A stretch of 64,000 nt of DNA from Diplonema japonicum. Taxonomy: Eukaryota; Protista; Euglenozoa: Diplonemea. The notes under the pieces are model-generated. The model made no database searches. It had not been told where the DNA came from and saw only the letters and a program-made list of their open reading frames with translations. Where the stretch lies: assembly GCA_964019335.1 (NCBI GenBank), contig OZ025664.1:558001-622000 (forward strand). Reading direction: 5' to 3'. A program made the translations under genes and the position numbers. The stretch's first letter is position 1; each line of letters starts with the position of its first letter. Positions 35,463 through 45,588 of the stretch are shown here, piece after piece.

Positions 35463-36665
35463 ATGTGGAAAGCCCGGATAGCAATAAGACACCAGAGAAG
35501 ATGGTGCACAGGTAACAACGATACCGAGGAGCAGAAGTCTCTGAAAATCAAACGGGAAGCGGACGAGATGAAAGCAAGGCTCCAACAACTGAGAGACGTA
35601 CAGAGAAGGTTCGACCTAGAAGGCCCAATGGAGCTTCAAATGAGGAAGGAAAGAAGACTGCAAACAAGTGAAGACCTGGCTCCAAAATACCGGTTCACAG
35701 CACCAGCCACTGTGAAGAAGAAGAAATTCGACGAACAGATCGCAAGGCTTGAAAAGATCCCTGGGGTCAAAATACTTCGAGGGGCTGGGAACCAAGTAAG
35801 GGTGATAGACGTCCCCATGGATGCCATCAACAAGGCGGAGATAGACCATACTTCAGTAATAGGGAAGCGGGTGTACATTGCAATGACGTCGTTTGTTGCT
35901 GTGTGGATCCTTGGAGCGGGGGCCTTTCTGTTCATGGTATGGAAGATATTGTCAACGGATCCTGGCCCGCCACCTGACGAGCCCATCGGGGCACGGGTGT
36001 TTCTGGAAATTTACCAAGAAGATGAACGTGTCGGCACCATCGTGCTTGGAATGTACACCGAAAGGTGCCCCATGACCTGCGAGAATTTCTACCGACTTGC
36101 AACCGGCGACACAGTATGGTGAAAAAAGTATTTTTTTATTTTTTTCTTTTTTTAAAGGCAAGCGGTGTTTCCCTCCGAGGGTCCGACTTCTTCCATGTAT
36201 TCCCGACCGTTGGCATCGTTGGAGGCGATTACGCAAAGAACACCGGGTCGGGGGGGCGGCCGGTGCTTCCTTATTTCCCCGGGAAAAGGTGGTTCCCTGA
36301 CGAGCTGCCTGGAAGGGATCTGCCGTTTTTCAAGGTATTCGGAGGGTTTAAAAAAAAAAAAAAAAAAAAAATAGGGAGCGTTATGCTCTGTTGGTGTATT
36401 GTGGTCGCGACAAGAGGCCACAAACGACTCGCTATTTATGATATCAAGTTCTGGGACGATGAAACACAATCACTCATTTGTCATTTTTGGAGAGGTTTTA
36501 TCCGGGATGGAGGTGCTGGAATCGTGTGCGAGTGTTAAACTGCGAGGCGGGAAGCCCCTTAGGCGTCTTTGGATCAAACGGTGCGGTGAGTACACCCACA
36601 CCCCGGAGGAGAGAGAACATGCAAACACCCCTGGTCCTGTACTGGTGCGGTCGGATAGGTTTTAG
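35463..36665 (+). CDS. Membrane-anchored cyclophilin-like protein, probably mitochondrial (exons 35463-36113, 36158-36334, 36375-36665)
   Basis: RVFLEI...GTIVLGMY...CP.TCENF..LATG, GGD...TGSGG, FPDE, VIFGEVLSGMEVL. One TM helix and an Arg-rich N-terminus. Confidence 0.85.
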
Positions 36666-36843
36666 AGAAGAAACAAAAAAAAGAAGTGTTTTATTTATCT
36701 TTCGATCCCCCTCCCCCCACCCCCCAGCGCGTTCAATCACCGGTATTGATGTTCTTTTTTTTTTTTTTTTTTTTTTTTCAATTTGAGAAAAAGAAAGCAT
36801 GAAGATTATAGAGAAGGAAGTTATTTAAAGAAAAGAATAGAAA

Positions 36844-37170
36844 ATGGCCACCGCTACCTTCTCTGACGATTTGATCTCCGACCTTCACTCCCGCCAGGAG
36901 GAGCATGCGAAGTGTGTCGTGAACGCGAAAAAGGTATGGGGAGGACAAGGATGAACAGTAAACTATACAGTGTGGCCTTGATGTTAACGAGGCATGCAGT
37001 GTGACTGCCTGGAAGGCGCTGGAGTCGTACAACGACTGGTCGCGCTACAGGGCCCCTTTCAAAACCCAGGAGGTATGAAGTTTAAAAAGAAAAAAATTTA
37101 AAAAAAAAATCAGTCCGAGGCCCAGCTCGCCGCCTTGATGGAGGCGCAGGAGAAGAGCAAGAAGCAGTAA
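36844..37170 (+). CDS. Small 82-aa three-exon protein (exons 36844-36933, 36971-37072, 37114-37170), absent from the ORF track
   Basis: Two GTATG...CAG phase-0 introns give the open frame MATATFSDDLISDLHSRQEEHAKCVVNAKKCGLDVNEACSVTAWKALESYNDWSRYRAPFKTQESEAQLAALMEAQEKSKKQ*. Confidence 0.8.
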
Positions 37171-37558
37171 AAAAAAAAAAAAAAAAAGAAAGAAAGAAAA
37201 AAAAAGAAAACCGTTATTGGGTTGTACAATAGCAACGTTCTTTTTTTCTTTTTCTTTTTCTTTTTTTTTTTCCTTGACCAGCTCTCCTTGCCTCCTCCCC
37301 CCTTCCCCGAATAGTGTGACCAGGGTTCCCGTTTTCTTTTTTTTTTTCTTTTTTTCTTCGGCTTTTTCATTTCTCCGCATTTTTCTTTTTTTTTTTTTTT
37401 TTTTAGTTTCCCCAACACCCAAAATTTAAAAAAAGAAAAAAAAAACTGGGATTTCTTTTTTTTTCTCTTTTTATTCCCCCGTTTCAACTTTTTTCCATCT
37501 TTTTTTCAGAAGTCGGTTCAGAAACACACCCCACTCAGGAGAAGGGTCCCCGCTTAAC

Positions 37559-39607
37559 ATGGAGCTAGCTTTGGGGTCTTGGAATGGAATATGGGGAAAA
37601 GGATGGAGGCACTTAGTGGGGATGACTTTCGAGTACAAGGAGGCGAAATGCTATGGGTTGGTGGTGATGGGGGAGAAGGGGGAAGGGGAGGTGTGGGCGG
37701 TGGTCGGGGACGCTTGGGAGTTTGAAGTTGTAGACAAATGGTCAGTGGAGCCAGGGTACGACCAGATGGTGGGTCTTACTGCACCTTGTGCGCACTGTGA
37801 ACTGAATGGCGCAAAGCAGGGAGGACACTTCTTGGTGCACAACACCACCACCTCCCACTACCACCTCTATGAGGTTGCACCTTCCGGGAGAATAGCACTT
37901 GGCCTTTCTGACACTTTCCCTGTTCAACATACCACGTTCGTCTCTTTTGAGCATCCTTCCTACCCCTCTCCTCACCTGCTTGGCTATCATGCCCCCACCG
38001 GCGCATTCACGGTCTACTCTATGCCTTTCCTTGAGCCCCTAACTTCTGGGAGCTTTTCCCCCTTCTGGACAGACATCGTGCCTAAGAAGCCTGCGCCTCG
38101 CAAGTGGACCGAGGGTTCACACCGCCATCCTGTCAACAGATTTTACTGTTACAACAACTCGACAGGGGAGGGCTGCTTCGAGTCTATCGGCGACGGGGCA
38201 CACGAGCTCACGGGCAAACCAAATATTGAGAAGCGGAAGCCGGGTTGCAAGATCCTTGCCATCGACTGCGGGGGGAAGTCCTGCTGCATGTTCTACAAGC
38301 ACACGCAGTTGGCGGAACAGGGGGCGAAGTCTAAACCTGAAGAGCCGCGTGCGAACGAGGCACGCCCTCCAGACGCCGCAAGCATGTTGCACAAGAGGAT
38401 CCGGTGCCACCGCGAGGCGTGGACTTCCTTCGAACTGTTCCCCATGCTGCCTGTTGTGGACGCTATCCACTGGAGACACCTGCTGTGCTACAACTTGCAG
38501 TCCGGTGTGTGGTGGATCTGTGCAATAAAGGCACAGGCTTGCATGCAACCCCTCACCGTGGAGCCACGTGTGCCCACACCAGGGGCCGACGAAAAGGTAC
38601 ACACTGCATGGCCAGGCAGGGGCGGGCTCACACTCACTCGCAATAGAAGCAGCATGAAAAAGCCCTTGGAACCAACCCCTCCTACTAAGAAACCGAAGAA
38701 GAGACCCAACAGGTTGGATTGGAGCAAGCCCTGGTCGCATCACAGTTGGGAAGCGAAGAATACACGAAAGGAGAAAGAGGGCGGTCTTCAGAAGATCATT
38801 GTAAAGGAGGCACCACCCGATGACGAGGCGGAAGGCGTACGCATGATCTTGAGGCGGCTGGCGGAGCACCCGTTCTACTCTTCGACACGGTATGCAGATC
38901 TGGCGGTGGCGTCGTTGCCCAATGCCACCCTGCGGGCGCCCAGCAGGCTGGGGGACCCGATGAAGCCCTGCTGGAAGGCGACAAACAACACTGTCTCGCC
39001 TCCAGGGGAGCCCAATAGGAAGATCGAGAAATATGTGCGGGACAAAGTAAGCAGGCGCCCCGTGTCATCCGACGCAGAGCGGCTAAGAAGGCTGGAGCGG
39101 CTGGCTCAGCCCGTTTCGATAGAAGCACGGAGCCGTGCCCGTCTGCTGTCTGAGCTCAAGACGGAACCAAGGGCAGCAAGGTTGTTCACACCTGCAGAAC
39201 AAGAGAAGTCAGTCTACAGGATGTCTGTGCGGAACTCAAAACGAAAAGAGGAAAACCGGGAGGCCTTGTGCACAACAATGTGGAGCATGCACGAAACAAC
39301 CCCAAAGAAGACACCGCTGTACGAGATAACAGAACGCCTGCACACTGGCCAAGTAAGCCTGAAGGAGGACGCCATGTCCAGGTGCCTTGCAAAATGGCTC
39401 GCAGCACCCAACTCAACCAAGTCAACCCCCGAGCAACAGCAGCAGCTCATCGAAAGGCTCTACCAACAAGCACTGTCTGAAATCATAAGACGCCAAAGAG
39501 AAGCCGAGCAGCTCCGTGAAACTCCCGTTTTCAGCCCACCACAGATCACAAGGAAGACACTTGCAAAGATGGTGGATAGACTGTACCCCATCCCTTCGGG
39601 ATCGTGA
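37559..39607 (+). CDS. Hypothetical protein (beta-rich N-half, helical C-terminal RLY/RLH repeats)
   Basis: 682-aa ATG ORF. C-terminal repeats ERLA, ERLH, ERLY, DRLY. Confidence 0.7.
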   Translation: MELALGSWNGIWGKGWRHLVGMTFEYKEAKCYGLVVMGEKGEGEVWAVVGDAWEFEVVDKWSVEPGYDQMVGLTAPCAHCELNGAKQGGHFLVHNTTTSHYHLYEVAPSGRIALGLSDTFPVQHTTFVSFEHPSYPSPHLLGYHAPTGAFTVYSMPFLEPLTSGSFSPFWTDIVPKKPAPRKWTEGSHRHPVNRFYCYNNSTGEGCFESIGDGAHELTGKPNIEKRKPGCKILAIDCGGKSCCMFYKHTQLAEQGAKSKPEEPRANEARPPDAASMLHKRIRCHREAWTSFELFPMLPVVDAIHWRHLLCYNLQSGVWWICAIKAQACMQPLTVEPRVPTPGADEKVHTAWPGRGGLTLTRNRSSMKKPLEPTPPTKKPKKRPNRLDWSKPWSHHSWEAKNTRKEKEGGLQKIIVKEAPPDDEAEGVRMILRRLAEHPFYSSTRYADLAVASLPNATLRAPSRLGDPMKPCWKATNNTVSPPGEPNRKIEKYVRDKVSRRPVSSDAERLRRLERLAQPVSIEARSRARLLSELKTEPRAARLFTPAEQEKSVYRMSVRNSKRKEENREALCTTMWSMHETTPKKTPLYEITERLHTGQVSLKEDAMSRCLAKWLAAPNSTKSTPEQQQQLIERLYQQALSEIIRRQREAEQLRETPVFSPPQITRKTLAKMVDRLYPIPSGS

Positions 39608-39804
39608 AGGTACTCCTTCGCCATTTTTTTTCATTTGTCTATTCGAGCAAGGCCTGGCCTTGCCTTATCAATGCTCTTTTGCCTGGTTTCGATGCTCTTC
39701 TCCTCTTCTTTTCCAAAAAGAGGAGATACCATCATTCAGTTGCTCAACGCAGCAGCAACTTCTTCTTTCAGTTCTCAACCTCACAACCCGCACAGGAGGT
39801 GAAG

Positions 39805-42800
39805 ATGAAGCGGCGACCGGGGGCAACGAGTGCCACGAACCTGAGTAGGGATGAGCTACGTGTGCTGAACAGAATAGACCTCCAACACGAGGTAACTGTG
39901 ACACGAAAAGGAGTCATGCAGCGGTACACTGTATCTATCAACCAAGAGAGTGTGTACTTTCATGGTATTGGGCACGATGGGTTCACTTTGCATATAAGAG
40001 ACGTCAGTGAAGCGGTGCTTAACCACAGCAACGGCGCTTTGCGACTGGAGGGCACAGGGGTGGAGGTGAACTGCGATGACCACGCGACGAAGAGTGCCAT
40101 CAGGAGGATTGTGCTGACCTTCTCCGAGATGCTTCACGAGCAGCAGGAAATTTCTTTCAGCAGTCTTCCCAGCCTGCAAAGCACTAAGCAGCCGCTGTAC
40201 AACGAAGGGGTTGCACCACCAAGAAAATCACCCCTTCCTGCTACATCGACTCTGACACCCTCTCTTAACGAGCATAAACCGTTCATAGACAAAACCACGC
40301 TTCCTGCCTCATACGCGGCCACCACGCAGCCCATCGCAGCTGGCACAGCAGACATCAGTAACCGCAGCTTCAAGCCCCGCCAAAACCACACCCTTCGCGA
40401 CCCTTCAAGGAGCCCCTCTGCGGAAAAGACTGTCGTTGTCTCTGAAGAACCTGCCTACAAATCTAAGAGCAGGGAAGGCCTCAAGCGGGACACTACCTGG
40501 AGCCCGCCTGCCCCTGCCTCCCCCATCGCTGCAACGGGGGGAGGCCCTGGCAGGGTGCGGTCCGACATTCCACATCCCAACAGCAAGCAAGCCATCGATA
40601 GACAACTGCAGCCACCACAACCACGTTATGAGCCGCAGTCACTCTTCAGCACGCAGCCACAGTCACAGCTACCACGATCACTGCCTCAACCACTGCCTCC
40701 CCGTTCGGAGTCCCCTCAAATACGCAGCGACGCGGACCACTTGTATGGGGTGCGCAATCCTGTTTTTGAAGCCGAACCAACGGGCCAGTCTGAACCCACT
40801 CCCACAGGGGCAAGGGAGATCTCCTTGTACCCTCCTTCCACACAGACTTCGATACCTTCTTCTTCTCTTGCCCCGCCTTCTCAACAGCCTTTCAATCAGT
40901 TTGGCCCTAGTGTGGTACCCATTAGGATGGTGGACCTAGTGCAAGAACCCCCAACCGAAAAGGGAAAACTGATAATGCTCCTCTCAGAAGATGACACAGG
41001 CAGGAAGCTTGTCGCCTTCTACAACGGGCACCCTGAGGTCGAGCTGTGCGTGGAGACGTGGGTCACGCAAGATCTGAAACCTGCCGCTGGGGTAGGGAAG
41101 ACTCAGCATTCACAGTACAACGCTGAAGTGTTCTGCATGGTCGTGCAACCGGGTGAAACGAAAGAGTTTGTTGTAGGGGCAATGAAGAGCGACCCACAGC
41201 CGGGATGGAGGACACAGCCGCTATCAGAAGCAAGCTACTCGAAGAGGAAAAAGGAGCGCGAGAAGCAGGTCTTCGATGATTACCAAACACTGCAGCAGCT
41301 AGTGGACTCTGACGACGGAGAGCAGAAAGTGTTGGAAGTCGCTATTGCGAAGAACATACCTTTTGTGGACCTGTGGTTCCTTCCCCAGCAGTCGAGTCTA
41401 GCGAAGAGCCATGAGGGCCCAGGACCCAGCGACGTAGACGCGTGGGGGAGGTCATCTATATTCCTGCCACCTGGACGGACACCGCGGTTACTGTGCTCTC
41501 AGCCAGCGCCAAACGACATCGACATGGGCGTTGCAGGCAACGCATGGTTCCCGTGCTGCTTGAGTGCCATCGCGGAGTTCCCCACACGCCACCTTAAGCA
41601 CAACATCATCGAGTCCATCTTCTCGAAGCACAAGCAGGAGTACAGCGACCACAATGCCTACCGTGTCGTCCTCGCACGCGATGGTTGGTGGCGCGACGTT
41701 ATCGTAGATGACTTTATCCCGCTGCTGCGGTACCCAAAGAAGTCACTACTGGACACCCCTGCCTACTGCCACAACATATCCCAACAACAGGAGATGTGGG
41801 CATGCATTGTGGAGAAGGCTTATGCGAAGCTTTGCGGTAGCTACACGTCTATCAGCACAGGATACTACCATGAAGGGCTGATGGATCTCACAGGAATGCC
41901 TGCAGAGAGGATAAAATGGAACGAAACTAAGGACAGCACCTTGTTCGATGACCTTCTGAGGTGGGGCAAGGAAGACACGCTGGTGCTGCTGCAGACACCA
42001 AACGCGGACAACAACGAAGAGAAGGAGAGAATGTACGAGACGAACGGGCTGATATTGGGGCACGCTTACGTGGTGTTACAGGTGGTCATCGTTGATGGGC
42101 ACAAACTAGTGAGACTGCGGAACCCATGGCCCAGCAGCGGGAAGTGGCAAGGGAGATGGTCCGATGACTCTCAATCGTGGGAAAAGTGCAAGAATGTGAG
42201 GTCAGCGGTAGGGCATACTGGAAGCGACGGCACCATGTGGATGTCATGGCCTGAGATAACCGATTGGTTTGTGAACGGCTCGGTGTGCTACCTCCTGCCG
42301 CATGCAGGTGAAGTCCGTCTGGCGCTGCCTTTCAAACCCGGCTCGCCCGCCTTCGTGATAGAGCTGAAGGTGAAGACTCCTGTGAAAGCCTTCCTCTGCG
42401 TACACAGCAAGGACCAACGTAGCAAACCATCGCCGCAACCTTACGGGTGCATGAATGTGACGGTTCTGCAGTGCGATTCACCTGACGGATCAGCTAAGTG
42501 GGAACGAGCGCGCGAGGACTACGAGTGGGGCACGAAAGATTTCATGGGGAGCTACGAATTTGTACCTGAGGTATGCTGACTCGACCAACCCCGCTAACCA
42601 CTGACGACAGGACGGGACGTATCTTATTTGTGTGCATGATTACGACGGCGGTGCTGAAGGGGGAAGGATCCAAGAGGACTTGGTATGCAAATTGTGTAAC
42701 ATGTTCGTTCAACTTTCAAACACAGGTTGTGACTTTACATTACCAGCCCTTGAGACCCGACGGCCCTTCGGTTGAGGGCACTCTATCCCTCAAGGTAGGC

Positions 42801-42982
42801 ATTGCGAAATTACAATAACATCAACACAGACCGCCAGCCCTGTCCTCGAAGGCATTCAGTTCAATCCAGTTTACGTTAAGAACGCGCTTCACTCTGTCGA
42901 AGCCTATGCGCAGGTTCGCAGGAATGTCGCCTCGCAGTCCCAGCCTACTCAGCACCAGCTCATCTCATCGATACAGTTGTGA
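39805..42982 (+). CDS. Calpain-like protein with DUF1935-type domain, predicted inactive (exons 39805-42570, 42611-42682, 42726-42794, 42830-42982)
   Basis: AFYN...VVQPGETKEFV.G (euglenozoan calpain N-domain pattern) and CysPc motifs FVD..F.P, VIVDDFIP, EKAYAKL.GSY, GHAY, RLRNPW. Confidence 0.9.
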
Positions 42983-43120
42983 AGTTAGAATTAAAACCTT
43001 TATCCCGATAGATAGAAAAAGTATTTTTTTGTGCATTGTACACTTTTTAGATCCAAGGTCATTCGGTAACTGCTTATCTTTATTCCGCGCAAACAAAGCA
43101 AGTATCACAGCAGGTGCAGC

Positions 43121-44662
43121 ATGAGGGTGCAGTTGATATCACCCGCTGTCGCAGACACCACGTCGAGGGGTTATTATGAACGTAGTGCAGAATTAAGGGC
43201 GAGACCGCCCCCCATGACCCCTTTAAGCCCCCGTTTACAAGTTTTAAGTGACACAGCCGTATCTCCCAGGGCGAGTGCCTTGATGACCCCCACGCCTACG
43301 AGGTACTACAGAGACAGTCTGGCAGAGGGTATCGAGGAGCAAGTCGCTTACCTGAAGAAGGAGAATGAGGCGCTGATCGAGCGGCTTTCTCACGTGTCCG
43401 ATATTACGAAGCAGCATGACATACTTGTGGACGAAAGGCGTGAGATGGAGCACACGTATCACAGACAGGTGAGCCAGACCAACGACCTTGAGCGTTCTAG
43501 AGACTCGCTTGTGTTTGAACTGGAAAGGCGAACGGAGAGATGCACCCACCTTGAGGAAGAGGTCACCAGGCAGCACAGCACTGCGAAAAGGCTCGAGACA
43601 GAGATCGACAACCTCGACAAGCACCTGCTCGAGGAGCGCGAGATCAACAAACGACAGGCTTTTCAACTAAAAGAGTTGCAACGCGAGCTCAACAGAGCAG
43701 TTGACGATCTGCACCACATGCACAGCAGGGTGAAGGCTGCCTCACCCGAACCTGACCATGCACAGGAACTCAAGAAGGCCCTCCTCGTCAACGACCAGTT
43801 GAAGCTCGAACTCGAGCAGTCCGCAAGAGACAAGGCTGCGGCGGACGCGAAGGTACGAGAATTGACTCGTGAACTAGCAGAATTAAACAGACACAAGGGG
43901 AAGTTCGATTCCATTCTTGCAGATGCTGAGAAGAAAATAGACGAGGGCGCTGCCATGGCCATTGAGAACCAGGTGTTGAAAGCATGTATAAAAGAGCTGG
44001 AGGACGATGGCGAGAAGAAGACAAAGGACATCGCGAACACTCTCACAGCAGATGCGGCGAAGGAAGCGCTTATCCAGAGGCTGCAGGTGGACTTGAAGGT
44101 GGCGCAGGAGGCACTTGCCGACTTGGAACAATCCTTCCACGGCAGTAGCAGTAATGCAAACACGTTGAAAACAGAGCTCAGTGAAGCACTGCAAGGCATG
44201 ACGCGGTACGAGAAGGAACTGAAGAGCGCGTTAGAGGCAAAGCATGACCTTGTCATTGAAGTGGAGAACATGAAGTATGAAATAAACAGGCTGCAAGGTG
44301 AGAAGGAGGCAGCTATGTCGCAAACAAAGAAGATGCTGCTGACAGCGGAAGAAGAAGACATGAAACGGCAACAGGCGGAACGAGACTTGCGGGACATGCA
44401 CATCCACACACAGTCGAGGCAGTCCCTGAATAACGCGAAGGAGTGGGAGGCTGTGAGGGCAGTGCTTGAGAAAAGGCTGTCCTCGTGGGCGCAGGATAAC
44501 GAAGCGCTGCAACACCAGCTGACGCTAGTAAGAAGGGAGCGCGACACAGCGAAAGATGCGCTGCTTGCGTTGCAACAAGAGATGTCGACGCAGCGGTCTA
44601 TAGAAAGATCGCACAAGCAGTACACTCTCACTGACAGATGGCAGCAGCGCCCTTTGATGTAA
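43121..44662 (+). CDS. Long coiled-coil protein
   Basis: 513-aa ORF dominated by E/L/K/Q heptads. Confidence 0.8.
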   Translation: MRVQLISPAVADTTSRGYYERSAELRARPPPMTPLSPRLQVLSDTAVSPRASALMTPTPTRYYRDSLAEGIEEQVAYLKKENEALIERLSHVSDITKQHDILVDERREMEHTYHRQVSQTNDLERSRDSLVFELERRTERCTHLEEEVTRQHSTAKRLETEIDNLDKHLLEEREINKRQAFQLKELQRELNRAVDDLHHMHSRVKAASPEPDHAQELKKALLVNDQLKLELEQSARDKAAADAKVRELTRELAELNRHKGKFDSILADAEKKIDEGAAMAIENQVLKACIKELEDDGEKKTKDIANTLTADAAKEALIQRLQVDLKVAQEALADLEQSFHGSSSNANTLKTELSEALQGMTRYEKELKSALEAKHDLVIEVENMKYEINRLQGEKEAAMSQTKKMLLTAEEEDMKRQQAERDLRDMHIHTQSRQSLNNAKEWEAVRAVLEKRLSSWAQDNEALQHQLTLVRRERDTAKDALLALQQEMSTQRSIERSHKQYTLTDRWQQRPLM

Positions 44663-44751
44663 AACCAGTTTAGATTTGTTGTTCAGTTTTCTTCTTTTTT
44701 TTAAAAAAGAAATCTAGCAATCCTAACGTGTCCACATACATTCAGGGAACC

Positions 44752-45330
44752 ATGAGTATGGAGCTCGCCACCACAGCGTCAACGATGCTGGTCCGGCAGC
44801 GAGCCGCCCTTTGGGCGGTGTGGGGTTTCTTGGGGTTGGCTGGTGGTGCCATAGTCGTGAAGGGGTTCAGTACACCGCAAGAAAGAAGAAAGAGAAAGAA
44901 ACCAAGAAGCAAGCTGAGCAGCATGCCTAGCAACGGGGAGATCCATCTGGCACCAAGGCAGGCAAAAAAGCCTCCTGGAAAAATGGTGAAAGGGAAGGAA
45001 AAACAACAGGTGGAAGAAAAGAAAAAGGTGACAAGTAAAAAACGAGAAGCGAAAAAGAAAAAGGAGGAGGAAGAGGAGGAGGAGAAGGAAGAGGAGGACT
45101 TCGGATCGAGGAAAGAAGACGGATCGTACAACTTCAGTGAGAAGTGCTCCGTTGACGTAGGCTTCATCAATTCAGCGCTTAAAAGCGCAGGACTGGACCT
45201 CCCTGACCGTACTCTTGTGGACGAAACCGACCCTTCTAGCTTGGACTTTGGGACCCCCCGTCCTGCCCGAGAATGCCAGCCTCCCTCCTTTGACGAACTC
45301 ATGAACAAATGTCTCGACAGCACTGCTTAA
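44752..45330 (+). CDS. N-terminally membrane-anchored Lys/Glu-rich hypothetical protein
   Basis: Hydrophobic ALWAVWGFLGLAGGAIVV followed by charged low-complexity sequence. Confidence 0.65.
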   Translation: MSMELATTASTMLVRQRAALWAVWGFLGLAGGAIVVKGFSTPQERRKRKKPRSKLSSMPSNGEIHLAPRQAKKPPGKMVKGKEKQQVEEKKKVTSKKREAKKKKEEEEEEEKEEEDFGSRKEDGSYNFSEKCSVDVGFINSALKSAGLDLPDRTLVDETDPSSLDFGTPRPARECQPPSFDELMNKCLDSTA

Positions 45331-45588
45331 GACTCGGAACAAATACCCTTGTATTTGTTTTGACCCGTGCGAGGACAAGTAAAGAACGAAGGAGTGAAGA
45401 AAGAAGGGTAGTGAAAAAAAAGGGGGGTGGAAAAGGAAAAGGACGAGTGCTTGTTGGCCTGTCTTAAACCGTTACCCCCTCCACCCCCCCCCCCCCCCCC
45501 TCTTCTATTTCCCGTTCCTTTTTATTATTATTATCAGAATAGTGTTTTTAACCCCTTCAACTATACTAGGCTAGGGGGGTAGCATGCA

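Noticed and set aside
43663-44631. Long minus-strand ORFs (also 32283-33947, 59323-60932, 14681-16055)
   Set aside because: Antisense shadows of coiled-coil, GC-rich or repetitive plus-strand genes, with no independent motifs.
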